Notes: a model not told the origin generated them from the sequence alone. 64,000 nucleotides of DNA from an uncultured Candidatus Saccharibacteria bacterium (GCA_964627085.1 CAZVIP010000001.1:3654-67653), one strand, 5' to 3'; shown: positions 1 to 10,629, counted from the first letter of the stretch. Made by a program: numbers and translations.

Positions 1-1
1 A

Positions 2-481
2 AAGATTCCATTCTATTCAATTCACGGATTCGAAGACCATACCGATGCAGGTCAGGATGAACAAGTTGACGGCGACCTTGAACAAGACCAAAACATTCCA
101 ACAACAGAAGAAAACTCCGTACCTGCTGTATCCGCCTCAACACAAGAGAAAATTAAAATGCACTATAGTGGTGATGACGATGATAATGAGGGTGAGCACT
201 ATGATGATAAGACATGGACAAATACTGGTTACGGTAAAGATGACAGCATTCTAAAAATCATCAAAGAAGAAGACCTTGTTCATGCAAACTCAACCCCTAA
301 ATCTAATGGTGCAGGTGGTGGTGGAGGCGGTGATGGGATCATGTACAAACTCGTGAAAGGCACTCGAAAGTTTTTCAGTGGTTTATGGAAAGGGATCCGT
401 GTCAGTCTCGGATTTGCAAAAGGCGTCAGCGATGAAATCAGTGCAACAAGGGCAGTTGATAAAAACAAGAGGAATTCTTAG
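2..481 (+). CDS. Hypothetical protein, 5'-truncated by window edge (acidic and Gly-rich low-complexity C-terminal part)
   Basis: The frame of ORF 158..481 is open back to base 2 (KIPFYSIHGFEDHTDAGQDEQVDGD...). It converges on rplB at a shared hairpin. Confidence 0.6.
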   Translation, partial: KIPFYSIHGFEDHTDAGQDEQVDGDLEQDQNIPTTEENSVPAVSASTQEKIKMHYSGDDDDNEGEHYDDKTWTNTGYGKDDSILKIIKEEDLVHANSTPKSNGAGGGGGGDGIMYKLVKGTRKFFSGLWKGIRVSLGFAKGVSDEISATRAVDKNKRNS

Positions 482-513
482 ATTGAAGCTCTCGCCCTCA
501 GCGGTTGATTCAA

Positions 514-558
514 GACAAAACAAAACACCACGGATTGCCCGTGGTGTTTTGTTTTGTC
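514..558. terminator. Bidirectional intrinsic terminator between rplB and the convergent ORF
   Basis: Perfect 20-bp inverted repeat GACAAAACAAAACACCACGG / CCGTGGTGTTTTGTTTTGTC with a 5-nt loop. Confidence 0.8.
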
Positions 559-572
559 GAGTTCGTGACAGA

Positions 573-1412
573 TTATCGTTTTCCGACTTTTCGTCTTGAA
601 ACAATAAGCTTGTTTGAGTACTTCTTAACTCGGCGTGACTTCTGGCCTTTACCAGTTGGCTTACCGTAGATAGAAATAGCTCGTCGTCGTCCTCGTCCTT
701 GGCGGCCTTCACCTCCTCCGTGTGGATGATCCACAGGGTTCATAGCTGTACCTCGGACAGTTGGGCGAATACCCTTCCATCTTGAGCGACCAGCTTTACC
801 AAAGTTTTGAAGTCGATTTTCTTCATTTGAAACTTCTCCGATAGATGCCCATGCAGTATCGATGATTTTTCGAATTTCAGTTGATGGCATTTTGATGAGT
901 GTGTAACCCATATCCTGAGCTACAACTTCAGCAAATGATCCAGCAGCTCGTACGAGCTTGGCACCACCTTCTGGTCTTAGTTCGATGTTGTATACAAAAG
1001 TACCAACAGGGATATTTCTAAGAGGAAGTCTGTTACCAGCTTTTACTTCTGCTTTTTCACCAGCGAGGATTGTATCACCTACCTTTACTGATTGTGGAAG
1101 GAGAACGTATCTCTTTTCACCATCAGCATAGCAGACAAGAGCAATGAAACCAGTTCGGTTTGGATCATATTCAACAGTCAAAATTTTGGCTGGAATTTCT
1201 CGTTTGTCGAACTTGAAGTCAATGTCTCTGAAACTTCGCTTATGACCACCTCCTTTGTGTCTTGTAGTGATTCGGCCAGTATTGTTTCTACCAACACCTC
1301 GCATTCCTCCAGTTGTAAGAGGTTTGTGTGGTGTACTAGTAGTCAAAATTGATCGAAGTGACACATGTGTTGTATGACGGCGTGATGGAGTTGTTGGTTT
1401 ATATCTTTTCAT
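573..1412 (-). CDS. rplB: 50S ribosomal protein L2
   Basis: Motifs GRNNTGRITTRHKGGGHKR, EYDPNR and RPTVRGTAMNPVDHPHGGGEG. Confidence 0.99.
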   Translation of the reverse strand: MKRYKPTTPSRRHTTHVSLRSILTTSTPHKPLTTGGMRGVGRNNTGRITTRHKGGGHKRSFRDIDFKFDKREIPAKILTVEYDPNRTGFIALVCYADGEKRYVLLPQSVKVGDTILAGEKAEVKAGNRLPLRNIPVGTFVYNIELRPEGGAKLVRAAGSFAEVVAQDMGYTLIKMPSTEIRKIIDTAWASIGEVSNEENRLQNFGKAGRSRWKGIRPTVRGTAMNPVDHPHGGGEGRQGRGRRRAISIYGKPTGKGQKSRRVKKYSNKLIVSRRKVGKR

Positions 1413-1439
1413 AACTATTGTGTTATATAACTTGTATCA

Positions 1440-1742
1440 CTAAGCGAGATCAATTTTGTCTCCCTTTTTAAGGAAAACAATAGCTTTCTTTATCGCTTGT
1501 TTTTTGCCGACCTTTCCTCTTACAAAGACTTTTTTTGCAGGAGTTCGTACAATGTTGACCTTTACAGGAACAACTTTGTACATTGCTTCAATAGCTTTCG
1601 CTACTGTAATTTTTGTTGCATCTTGCACAATCTCGAAAATATATGCGCCTTTTTCAGCTGAAAAAGTTGCCTTCTCTGTGATTCGAGGTTTTTTGATTGT
1701 GCCAGTTGCGTGTTTATTGATTGATATATTCATAGCGTTCAA
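1440..1742 (-). CDS. rplW: 50S ribosomal protein L23
   Basis: PRITEKA...KVNIV...KKAIVFL; lies between rplD and rplB. Confidence 0.97.
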   Translation of the reverse strand: MNAMNISINKHATGTIKKPRITEKATFSAEKGAYIFEIVQDATKITVAKAIEAMYKVVPVKVNIVRTPAKKVFVRGKVGKKQAIKKAIVFLKKGDKIDLA

Positions 1743-1746
1743 TTAA

Positions 1747-2475
1747 CTAACGAGCACTTCTCGATTCGAGAGTGACAAGTGATGCTTCTGGAGAAGCGAT
1801 CACTACGTATTTATAATTTGCGAGAGCAAGAGGGTTCAAGTTTCTTGTTTCCATGACTTCGAGGTTACCGAAGTTCTGGAATCCACGCTTCACATTCAAA
1901 GAAAGTTCAGGTGATGCAATAACTGCAGCATTTCGTTTCTTGTTTACGAGCATAGGAATACCAGCACCAGTTGCAACTCGACTGAGCACAGATTGTGCAT
2001 TTCGAGTTTTTGGTTCTGTGATTTCAAGATCCTTGATAAAGATGACTTCACCATCTCGGAATTTCTTTGACAAGATTGTAAACAAAGCTTTTGTCTTCAT
2101 CTTCTTGTTAATTTTTCGAGAGTAGTCTTTGTCACTTCGAGGTCCGTGAGCCACACCTCCGCCTACCCAGATAGGTGAGCGTCGTGAGCCGTGACGTGCA
2201 CGTCCTGTCCCCTTTTGAGCCCAAGGTTTTTTACCAGTACCTGATACTTCACCTCGGTTTTTAGTATGAGCAAGAGATTCTCGAGCATCAGTATTCATTG
2301 AAGTGATTACTTGATGAACGAGGTCAGCATTCCATGAGAGACCGAATATTGATTCAGGGAGAGTGATCTTTCCTGATTCCTTACCAGCAATATCAAAGAC
2401 AGAAACTTCCATTGAGACCGGAGTGGCCGCTTTTGGAGTTTTTGCTTTTGCAGTTGTTTTTGTTGTCTTAGCCAT
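1747..2475 (-). CDS. rplD: 50S ribosomal protein L4 (Lys/Thr-rich N-terminal extension)
   Basis: TKNRGEVSGTGKKPWAQKGTGRARHGSRRSPIWVGGGVAHGP. Confidence 0.98.
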   Translation of the reverse strand: MAKTTKTTAKAKTPKAATPVSMEVSVFDIAGKESGKITLPESIFGLSWNADLVHQVITSMNTDARESLAHTKNRGEVSGTGKKPWAQKGTGRARHGSRRSPIWVGGGVAHGPRSDKDYSRKINKKMKTKALFTILSKKFRDGEVIFIKDLEITEPKTRNAQSVLSRVATGAGIPMLVNKKRNAAVIASPELSLNVKRGFQNFGNLEVMETRNLNPLALANYKYVVIASPEASLVTLESRSAR

Positions 2476-2483
2476 GGTATTGA

Positions 2484-3086
2484 TTAGCCTCTTACTTCTA
2501 CTAATGTGCCCTTTCGACCAGGAATTGCACCTCGGATATATATTTCATTTGCCTCATTGTCTACCGAGACAACAATAAGGTTTTTAACTGTGACTCGATC
2601 TCCGCCCATTCGGCCGGCCATTTTACGGCCTTTGAATACGCGCTGATATCCACCAGCACCAATAGATCCTGGTTCACGTTCAGAGTGTTTCTGACCGTGT
2701 GATCTTGGACCTCCATGGAATCCATGTCTTTTAACTACACCTTGGAAACCTTTTGCTTTTGAGATTGCAGATACCTGTACAGTATCACCAGTCTTGAATT
2801 CAGTCTGAATTTCTTGACCAGGTGCAAATTCACCAGAAGCATCTTTGACTTCCATGAGTGTTGAAAAATTACCCATGTCTTTCATAACGCCCTTTTGTGC
2901 TTTGTTTATATTCTTTGCGCTCTTTTTGCCGAATGCGATTTGCACCGCATTGTAGCCATCCTTACCCTCTGTTTTGACTTGCGTCACGAACATTGGACCA
3001 GTCTTGAGGACTGTTACTGGATGCACTCGGCCGTCTTCGTCGAAGAGCTGAGTCATATTCAGTTTTGTTCCCAGAATAAATTTCAT
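2484..3086 (-). CDS. rplC: 50S ribosomal protein L3
   Basis: KGFQGVVKRHGFHGGPRSHG...PGSIG...KMAGRMG. Confidence 0.98.
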   Translation of the reverse strand: MKFILGTKLNMTQLFDEDGRVHPVTVLKTGPMFVTQVKTEGKDGYNAVQIAFGKKSAKNINKAQKGVMKDMGNFSTLMEVKDASGEFAPGQEIQTEFKTGDTVQVSAISKAKGFQGVVKRHGFHGGPRSHGQKHSEREPGSIGAGGYQRVFKGRKMAGRMGGDRVTVKNLIVVSVDNEANEIYIRGAIPGRKGTLVEVRG

Positions 3087-3293
3087 AGCAGCATTTTGTT
3101 AATTTTGAACAGAAGAAGGAAATGATATGTTTAAGGAAAGCGATTGCTCGCTATTCTCAAACTTTCTTAATTGATCAGGTGACGTTAGGTGCGAGGCGAA
3201 ATAATTATTTTCGACTGAGACGTACTGATTGTACGTTGAAGAAGAAAATGATTATTTTAACGAAGCAGATGACGTTGACTGGTCGATTAAGGG

Positions 3294-3650
3294 TTACATC
3301 ATTTTGACGTCGATATTCACTCCAGAAGGAAGCGAGAGATTCGTAAGAGCCTCTACAAGCTTTGCATTAGGATTGATGATATCAATAAGTCTTTTGTGTA
3401 CTCGCATTTCAAACTGTTCTCGCGCATTTTTGTAAATGAACGTTGAACGGTTGACTGTGTACTTTCGAATTTCTGTTGGAAGTGGGATTGGTCCGACAAC
3501 CTCTGCATCGTAGCGAAGTGCTGTATCCATGATCTGTTTGATAGATGCATCGATAATCTTAGATTCGTACGCGCGTACTCGAATTCGAAGTTTTGGTACA
3601 ACTTCTTCTTTTCCGATTGTTTTCTTTTTTGTCGCTTCTTTTACAGCCAT
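3294..3650 (-). CDS. rpsJ: 30S ribosomal protein S10
   Basis: LRIRVRAY...GPIPLPT...[18 protein letters not shown] at 3650 preferred over the ORF-track start. Confidence 0.97.
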   Translation of the reverse strand: MAVKEATKKKTIGKEEVVPKLRIRVRAYESKIIDASIKQIMDTALRYDAEVVGPIPLPTEIRKYTVNRSTFIYKNAREQFEMRVHKRLIDIINPNAKLVEALTNLSLPSGVNIDVKMM

Positions 3651-3694
3651 ATGGCGAAGGTTAAAGAGCAATTAAGCCCGCTAATAAACTAGTG

Positions 3695-4891
3695 TTACGC
3701 GACGATCTTTGTAACGACACCAGCACCTACAGTTTTACCACCTTCTCGAATTGCAAGTCGCTGCATTTCTTCAAGGGCAATTGGAGCTACAAGTTTAACT
3801 TTGAAAGTTACTGTATCTCCAGGCATAACCATTTCTACACCTTCCTTCAATGTTACTTCACCAGTTACGTCTGTTGTTCGAACGTAGAACTGTGGCTTGT
3901 AACCTGAGAAGAATGGAGTGTGTCGACCGCCTTCTTCTTTCTTCAAGATATATACTTCAGCTTCGAAATCTGTATGAGGTTTTACTGAACCTGGCTTACA
4001 GAGAACTTGTCCTCGAGTAAGATCTTCTTTTTTAGCACCTCGGAGGAGAATACCAGCGTTGTCACCGGCCTGTCCTTCCTGAAGCTGCTTGTTGAACATT
4101 TCAATACCTGTAACAGTAGTTGAAGTTGTGTCCTTGAGACCTACGATTTCGATAGTCTCACCTACCTTGATGATACCCTTTTCGATTTTACCTGTAACTA
4201 CAGTTCCTCGTCCTTCGATAGAGAAAATATCTTCGATAGGCATAAGGAATGGTTTGTCAGTTTCTCGAACTGGAAGTGGAATGTAAGTATCAAGAGCTTC
4301 TGCAAGTTCTAGAACTTTCTTAGACCATTCATCGTCTGTACCTGTTGCTTCGAGAGCTTTGAGAGCTGAACCTCGAATAACTGGAGCGTTGTCACCGTCA
4401 AATCCGTTCTTTGAAAGAAGTTCTCGGATTTCAGCTTCAACTAGGTCAAGCATATCTGCATCATCTACCATGTCACACTTGTTCATGAATACGATGATCT
4501 TTGGAACTCCTACCTGCTTAGCCAAGAGAACGTGTTCTCGTGTCTGTGGCATAGGTCCGTCAGTTGCGGCTACCACGAGGATAGCACCGTCCATCTGAGC
4601 AGCACCAGTAATCATGTTCTTGATGTAGTCGGCGTGACCTGGGGCATCAATGTGAGCATAGTGTCTCGCATTTGTAGCGTACTCGTTGTGAGAAAGTGAG
4701 ATAGTAATACCTCGAGCCTTTTCTTCAGGAGCCTTGTCGATAGCATCAACACCTTTAATTGTTGCCTGCATACCAGCTCGGCTGAGTACGTTAAGAATAG
4801 CCGCTGTAAGAGTTGTCTTACCGTGGTCTACGTGTCCAATTGTACCTACGTTAACGTGAGGTTTTGATCGGTCAAAAGCTTCTGCTGCCAT
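3695..4891 (-). CDS. tuf: Elongation factor Tu
   Basis: [44 protein letters not shown]. Confidence 0.99.
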   Translation of the reverse strand: MAAEAFDRSKPHVNVGTIGHVDHGKTTLTAAILNVLSRAGMQATIKGVDAIDKAPEEKARGITISLSHNEYATNARHYAHIDAPGHADYIKNMITGAAQMDGAILVVAATDGPMPQTREHVLLAKQVGVPKIIVFMNKCDMVDDADMLDLVEAEIRELLSKNGFDGDNAPVIRGSALKALEATGTDDEWSKKVLELAEALDTYIPLPVRETDKPFLMPIEDIFSIEGRGTVVTGKIEKGIIKVGETIEIVGLKDTTSTTVTGIEMFNKQLQEGQAGDNAGILLRGAKKEDLTRGQVLCKPGSVKPHTDFEAEVYILKKEEGGRHTPFFSGYKPQFYVRTTDVTGEVTLKEGVEMVMPGDTVTFKVKLVAPIALEEMQRLAIREGGKTVGAGVVTKIVA

Positions 4892-5281
4892 ATTTTTTTG
4901 CTTTAATTAATATTTATCGATAAATATATTTGTAAATAAACTTGTCTGCATTGCTTCAAGGTATGTTTAACTTAAAAAGCCAATAAATAAAGAAAAACGT
5001 TATTTATGGCGATGTTAAGGTAAAGAAACCGGACGGGTATCCATTGACTATTCAGTTGTAGTGCAATTGGGTCAGAGGTATGTGTGTATCCTGGCTACGA
5101 TATGTGTTTGACACATTTGTTTACCTGGAATTTCCTGTGGCTCTATAGGGCCGCAAGATGCATACATTCACGAGCAATTGAATTAACTTGAGTGTCGTTT
5201 CTTTGGTTTTAAAAAACCAAGAAGATACAAGACAAAAACGCAATAAAGCGTTGTAGAGATAGTATCATATTTATGGTAGTT

Positions 5282-5320
5282 GTCAAAAAAACAGACCACC
5301 TCGGTGATCTGTTTTTTTGA
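5282..5320. terminator. Intrinsic terminator downstream of fusA (A/T tails on both sides)
   Basis: GTCAAAAAAACAGACCACC-TC-GGTGATCTGTTTTTTTGAC hairpin. Confidence 0.75.
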
Positions 5321-5359
5321 CTTGTATATTAAGACTAGAATATAGCCTATATAGACCTA

Positions 5360-7516
5360 TTACGCAGTAACCTTTCGAGATTCAACGATAGTCTTTTCTA
5401 CGTTTGGAGGAACGATATCGTAGTGATCGAATTCCATAGTCATAGAACCTCGTCCCTGTGTCATAGATCGGATATCAGTTGTATATCCAAACATTTCTGA
5501 AAGCGGAACCATGGCTCGGATGACTCGGAGTCCCTGACCTCTTTCTTCCATACCTTCAATCTGACCTCGCTTAGATGAAAGTGAACCTGTAACGTCACCC
5601 ATAAACTGTTCTGGCATTACACATTCTACCTTCATGATTGGCTCGAGGATAACAGGTCGTGCTCGCTTAGCAGCTGCCTGGAAAGCCTGAGAACCAGCAA
5701 TCTTGTACGCAATTTCAGATGAGTCAACATCGTGGTATGAACCGAAAGTAAGTTCACAAGACACATTTGTAAGTGTGAATCCTGCAACAATACCTCTGTC
5801 CATAGCCTCTTTGACACCCTTTTCAACTGCAGGGATAAATTCAACTGGAATAACACCTCCCTTGATAGAGTCGATAAATTCGAATCCTTCTTCTCGGTGT
5901 ACGTTCTTTGGAATTTTCGCACCTTCCTCAAGTTTTTCGAGTGGCTTGATAGTGATCTTTACGTGACCGTACTGACCCTTACCTCCAGACTGCTTGATGT
6001 ATTTGTATTCTTCTTCTGCAGAGCCTGTGATTGTTTCTCGGTATGCTACCTGTGGCTTACCTACGTTTGCTTCTACATTAAATTCTCGCTTCATTCGGTC
6101 AACCATAATTTCAAGGTGGAGTTCTCCCATACCTGAAACAATAGTTTCTCCTGTTTCAGTATTTGAAGATACTCGGAAAGTTGGATCTTCATCCATAAGT
6201 TTCTTGAGAGCCATACCCATCTTTTCCTGATCAGCCTTTGTTTTTGGCTCGATCTTGAGGGACACTACCGGTTCTGCGAATTTGATTGGATCGAGAACAA
6301 TTGGATTAGCTTCATCACAGAAAGTATGTGAAGTTTTTGCATCCTTGAGACCTACAGCAGCTGCAATTTCACCAGCGTATACTTTCTTTACTTCTTCTCG
6401 CTTGTTAGCCTGAAGTCGCACGATTCGTCCTAGTCTTTCCTTTGTGCCAGTTGTTGAGTTATAAAGGTATGAACCAGCTTCGACTGTACCTGAATACACA
6501 CGGAAGAATGTAAGCTGACCTACGAATGGGTCGTTTTGTAGTTTGAAAGCAAGTGCAGCAAACGGTTCTGTATCAGAAGCCTTTCGCTCAATTTCTTCAC
6601 CGTTGTCTGGGTTAAGACCCTTAACTGGCGGTACATCGAGTGGGCATGGAAGATAGTCAACTACAGCATCGAGTACGAGCTGTACACCCTTGTTTTTAAG
6701 AGCAGTACCTGTGAATACTGGGAATACTTTGTTTGCAATAACACCTTTTCGCATAGCAACCTTGATCTGATCAACACTGAAATCAGTCTTACCCTCTAGA
6801 TATTCATTCATCATTGATTCATCGAATTCACATGCCTTTTCAACAAGTTCAGCTCGGTATTTTTCAGCATCAGCCTTCATATCTTCTGGAACTTCACCTT
6901 CTACTACCTGTGAACCCATCTCCCCTTCGAATCGGTATGACTTCATCTTGATGAGGTCTACTACACCTTCGAAATCTGACTCAGCACCAATTGGAAGCTG
7001 CATTCGGATAGCATTTTTGTTGAGTCTATCGAGGATAGATGCATATGATCGCTCAAATGAGGCACCCATACGGTCGAGCTTGTTGATGAAACAAATTCGA
7101 GGTACATGATACTTGTCAGCTTGTCGCCATACTGTTTCAGACTGTGGCTCTACACCGGCTACACCGTCAAATACCACTACTCCACCATCGAGTACTTTGA
7201 GTGATCGCTCTACTTCTACGGTAAAGTCTACGTGACCTGGTGTGTCGATAATGTTAAATCTCTGCATCTTTGAGATATCCTTACCCATATATGTTGGGTT
7301 CCAGAAACAAGTAATCGCAGCGGCTGTGATAGTAATACCACGCTCCTTTTCCTGTTCCATCCAGTCAGTTACAGCTTCACCTTCGTGTACTTCACCAATC
7401 TTGTGGCTCATACCTGTATAGTAAAGAACGCGCTCAGACGTTGTAGTCTTACCCGCATCGATGTGGGCGATAATACCGAAGTTTCGTACTCTTTCTAGTG
7501 GATAGTCTCTATTCAT
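5360..7516 (-). CDS. fusA: Elongation factor G
   Basis: [42 protein letters not shown]. Confidence 0.99.
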   Translation of the reverse strand: MNRDYPLERVRNFGIIAHIDAGKTTTSERVLYYTGMSHKIGEVHEGEAVTDWMEQEKERGITITAAAITCFWNPTYMGKDISKMQRFNIIDTPGHVDFTVEVERSLKVLDGGVVVFDGVAGVEPQSETVWRQADKYHVPRICFINKLDRMGASFERSYASILDRLNKNAIRMQLPIGAESDFEGVVDLIKMKSYRFEGEMGSQVVEGEVPEDMKADAEKYRAELVEKACEFDESMMNEYLEGKTDFSVDQIKVAMRKGVIANKVFPVFTGTALKNKGVQLVLDAVVDYLPCPLDVPPVKGLNPDNGEEIERKASDTEPFAALAFKLQNDPFVGQLTFFRVYSGTVEAGSYLYNSTTGTKERLGRIVRLQANKREEVKKVYAGEIAAAVGLKDAKTSHTFCDEANPIVLDPIKFAEPVVSLKIEPKTKADQEKMGMALKKLMDEDPTFRVSSNTETGETIVSGMGELHLEIMVDRMKREFNVEANVGKPQVAYRETITGSAEEEYKYIKQSGGKGQYGHVKITIKPLEKLEEGAKIPKNVHREEGFEFIDSIKGGVIPVEFIPAVEKGVKEAMDRGIVAGFTLTNVSCELTFGSYHDVDSSEIAYKIAGSQAFQAAAKRARPVILEPIMKVECVMPEQFMGDVTGSLSSKRGQIEGMEERGQGLRVIRAMVPLSEMFGYTTDIRSMTQGRGSMTMEFDHYDIVPPNVEKTIVESRKVTA

Positions 7517-7720
7517 ATAATGATTAATTTTTTATTAAAATAATTTGCTTTTCTCAGAACTGTGATTATTATTGCTTGATTATTAAGTAATCACTAGGTG
7601 ACTACGAAACATAATTTCAGCAGAAACTATATAGACGAGCGATAATAATCACAATCCTGAATGTTTGCTTAAATTATCATGTATTTTGCTAATTTGCAAT
7701 GTTTTTCAGGTAGAATAATT

Positions 7721-7754
7721 GAAAAAACAGACCATTTGCAGGGTCTGTTTTTTC
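7721..7754. terminator. Intrinsic terminator after the inserted Cys-rich gene
   Basis: 13-bp inverted repeat GAAAAAACAGACC / GGTCTGTTTTTTC. Confidence 0.75.
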
Positions 7755-7829
7755 TATTATTTAGCCTTTTTTCATCCTTTGGATATACAAGTGGGTACTT
7801 TAGCGTAGATTTATCTACCCGGACGACAA

Positions 7830-9446
7830 TTAATGCTCGATAATTGCTGGTAGTGCACCGCATTTATTGGGCACAGAGCTAGATTGTAGGTCAATCCACT
7901 CCCCAGCAGTATCTAGCTTATATTGCTGCGTACAGGTCAGTGTATGTGATCCGATAGGTAAATTATATGGAGGATCTATGTTTATAATCTTGTTTGAAGG
8001 GACCGAAACCGAACTGCCAGCACTCTTCATCTCACAAATAACCCTTGAATCTACAGATCCCTCTGGTCTTTGCGCTTCAGTCATCTCATTTGTCTGCCAA
8101 TACCCACCACAGAGCGTAGTTGCTTGGTTTTTAGGTATTTCACCTGGTTTTAGTTTAAAATAATCAATTACCTTTGAGCAGGTATAACACGTACCATTAC
8201 TGTTTATACAATACTCCCTCTGGTCAACGACAGTTCCACTATCTGATAGCCGACAATCACAATTCTCACTCTCTGGGATACATTTATCCTTTGAAGTACA
8301 GAAGTATTCACCAGTCATACATCTTGCCTTGCATAAAGCAGGGTCTATTGCATCTGGGTTTTTGCATTGCCATCTCCAACTACTATATGCAGGGCTAAAA
8401 TCCCAGGTTGGCTCACCGTCATCCAAAAGCCCAAGTACACTACCCACTGCACATAACTGATTACCTGTAATATATTCACCCGCTGGAGTAGTTGTTGATA
8501 TAGAACCTCCTGCTGGTAGCTGATAATCAAGTGATTCCCTGTAAATTTCAGTACCTGCAGCCTGGCCACAATATGATTTTGGACATTCGTTCATATTACT
8601 CACGCACATATAACTTGTCATTGGCATCTGATCACCGCAATAGAATTGACCAGCATTGCAATCAACTCTTTCAAAAGGACATGATGCTTTTACTGTAGTG
8701 TTACCTTTTGTTGCTGACACTTCTACAACGGCTGAGTTGGTCGCATTGTAATAAGTATGTTCATAAGTTGGATTTCCAGGATTATCAACACCTTCGACAT
8801 TCCAGACAAAACTAAAATCTTCCGTTGGTGTAGTAGTACCCGATATTACAGCTGTGAACTGTACAGGTTCACCAAGCACACCAGTACCTGGATCGACAGT
8901 GCATGATAGGCTTGCATCACTAATTCTGACTGCATCACACTCGACTGTACCGCCACCAAAAATTCCTGCACATGCCCATTCATATGAATCATCATTTATT
9001 CTAAGATCTATTGCAGATCCGACCCGACATAAATTTGTTGCAGGAAAAGATGTTCGTGGTGTTGTTGTAGCTGAACCACACTTGCCATTTATACCCCCAA
9101 CAATAGTTGCGCTATACCTATGTACGTTTCCACAACCCAAACCCCATTCCATTGAAAGTGCAGCTGGCCCAATTCGATCAATGGTCTCACTCTGGATTAA
9201 TGCACAGCCCCATGACGGCCATGAGTTCTTTCCACACACTCTTGTATACGTCGCGCTCCCCGAAACATTGTATGTGATATTATCTTTCACCACAGTGTAC
9301 TGACATGAATGTGTATAACGACATTCTTTTGGTTTCTTTTTTGAACCCCTCGCTTCAGCTGTATTAATAGAAAATACAGTTGTGAAAAAGAGCACAAACA
9401 GCGCGAGTATAAAAACACGAGACAGTTTATTGTATTTCATATTCAT
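7830..9446 (-). CDS. Secreted cysteine-rich protein with PKD/Ig-like segment
   Basis: Signal peptide ending ...TAEA; many Cys; two CGxA...LCxxG...WxC modules; PKD-like VQFTA...FVW...HTY. Confidence 0.7.
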   Translation of the reverse strand: MNMKYNKLSRVFILALFVLFFTTVFSINTAEARGSKKKPKECRYTHSCQYTVVKDNITYNVSGSATYTRVCGKNSWPSWGCALIQSETIDRIGPAALSMEWGLGCGNVHRYSATIVGGINGKCGSATTTPRTSFPATNLCRVGSAIDLRINDDSYEWACAGIFGGGTVECDAVRISDASLSCTVDPGTGVLGEPVQFTAVISGTTTPTEDFSFVWNVEGVDNPGNPTYEHTYYNATNSAVVEVSATKGNTTVKASCPFERVDCNAGQFYCGDQMPMTSYMCVSNMNECPKSYCGQAAGTEIYRESLDYQLPAGGSISTTTPAGEYITGNQLCAVGSVLGLLDDGEPTWDFSPAYSSWRWQCKNPDAIDPALCKARCMTGEYFCTSKDKCIPESENCDCRLSDSGTVVDQREYCINSNGTCYTCSKVIDYFKLKPGEIPKNQATTLCGGYWQTNEMTEAQRPEGSVDSRVICEMKSAGSSVSVPSNKIINIDPPYNLPIGSHTLTCTQQYKLDTAGEWIDLQSSSVPNKCGALPAIIEH

Positions 9447-9447
9447 A

Positions 9448-10491
9448 TTAGTTTTTCTTTATTGTAATTTTACTATTAATATATGAACGCATACTCTCTT
9501 TCTCTTTTTTTCCAAGTGTAATATCTTGGTCAATTGCTTCCAATGCCTTCTTTTTCCATTCATCACCTGCCTTTTTGTCACCAGTAATTATCTCAACCTC
9601 AGAGAGAAGTAGGTAGGCACTCGCTTGGTTTGGGTTGATTGCAATTGCTTTCTTTGCATCTGCACGGACGCTCTCAATCAATTGCTTAATTTCTGCATCT
9701 GTCTCCATGTCTAACGCTGTTGAAAGCTCTACCTTTGCTTTCATCACCCACGCTTGTGGCATAGTCTCATCAAGTGATACCGATCTTTGGATTTCATCTA
9801 GCGCCTGATCAATCTCCTCTTCATTAAAAGAAATATACGAAAGCACTTGATACCCTTCAGCCTTCATTCGATTACTAGTAGATGCAGAGATGAGACTATC
9901 CACTGTCTTGCGGGCGAGCTCGAATTTATTTTGTCTCACATATAATCGCGCAAGATTTAACAAAGCATGATCATTTGAGGGATCAATTTTTAGTGCCTGA
10001 TTATAAAGCTGCTCTGCTTTTTCTAAATCACCTTGCAAATCATATGCATGTCCATTATTACTATGCGCTTGAGAATTTCTAGGATTGAGTTCGATCGCCT
10101 TTTCATACATACCATGTGCATCATCATATTTTTCTTGAATCTCAAAAGCATATCCTTTTATTCGATATGCCTCACTATTTTTTGGATCTATTGCAAGCAC
10201 CTTATCAGCTGTTTCTATTGCAAGCACAGCACCACCCTCTTCTTTGAATGTTACACTGCCCTTTTGTGCATATGTCGCAGCGAGCAATAAGAGTGCGTTT
10301 ACATTGTTTTTATCTTTTTCTAGGTTTTGGAGCGACTTATCAATAGCACCATCTAAATTCCCTGTATCATAATCATTTACCACATTTATTACTGCTTTTT
10401 CTCTATTATATTTATTTAGGTAAAAGAGCCCTACAGACATTCCGGCAACTACTACAATTGTTAAAATTGTGATGAGAATTTTTTTCTTCAT
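9448..10491 (-). CDS. Membrane-anchored TPR-repeat protein
   Basis: N-terminal TM (MKKKILITILTIVVV...) and repeated AxxxxPxNxxA TPR units. Start moved to ATG 10491, downstream of the rpsG terminator and a TATAAT box. Confidence 0.85.
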   Translation of the reverse strand: MKKKILITILTIVVVAGMSVGLFYLNKYNREKAVINVVNDYDTGNLDGAIDKSLQNLEKDKNNVNALLLLAATYAQKGSVTFKEEGGAVLAIETADKVLAIDPKNSEAYRIKGYAFEIQEKYDDAHGMYEKAIELNPRNSQAHSNNGHAYDLQGDLEKAEQLYNQALKIDPSNDHALLNLARLYVRQNKFELARKTVDSLISASTSNRMKAEGYQVLSYISFNEEEIDQALDEIQRSVSLDETMPQAWVMKAKVELSTALDMETDAEIKQLIESVRADAKKAIAINPNQASAYLLLSEVEIITGDKKAGDEWKKKALEAIDQDITLGKKEKESMRSYINSKITIKKN

Positions 10492-10517
10492 ATTGAAATA
10501 TATTATACACTCAAAAA

Positions 10518-10550
10518 CACAAAACACCGCAAGTGATGCGGTGTTTTGTG
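10518..10550 (-). terminator. Intrinsic terminator after rpsG
   Basis: 14-bp inverted repeat CACAAAACACCGCA / TGCGGTGTTTTGTG. Confidence 0.75.
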
Positions 10551-10629
10551 AACATTGTGTGAATAATGTTTTTGTAACCTTTGCTCTATTCGAGCACATG
10601 GTTGCAAGGAGTGCTTTTTGTAAAGTAAA

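Noticed and set aside
4892-5359. tRNA cluster upstream of tuf, as in tufB operons
   Set aside because: No T-loop (GTTCRA) or cloverleaf found on either strand.
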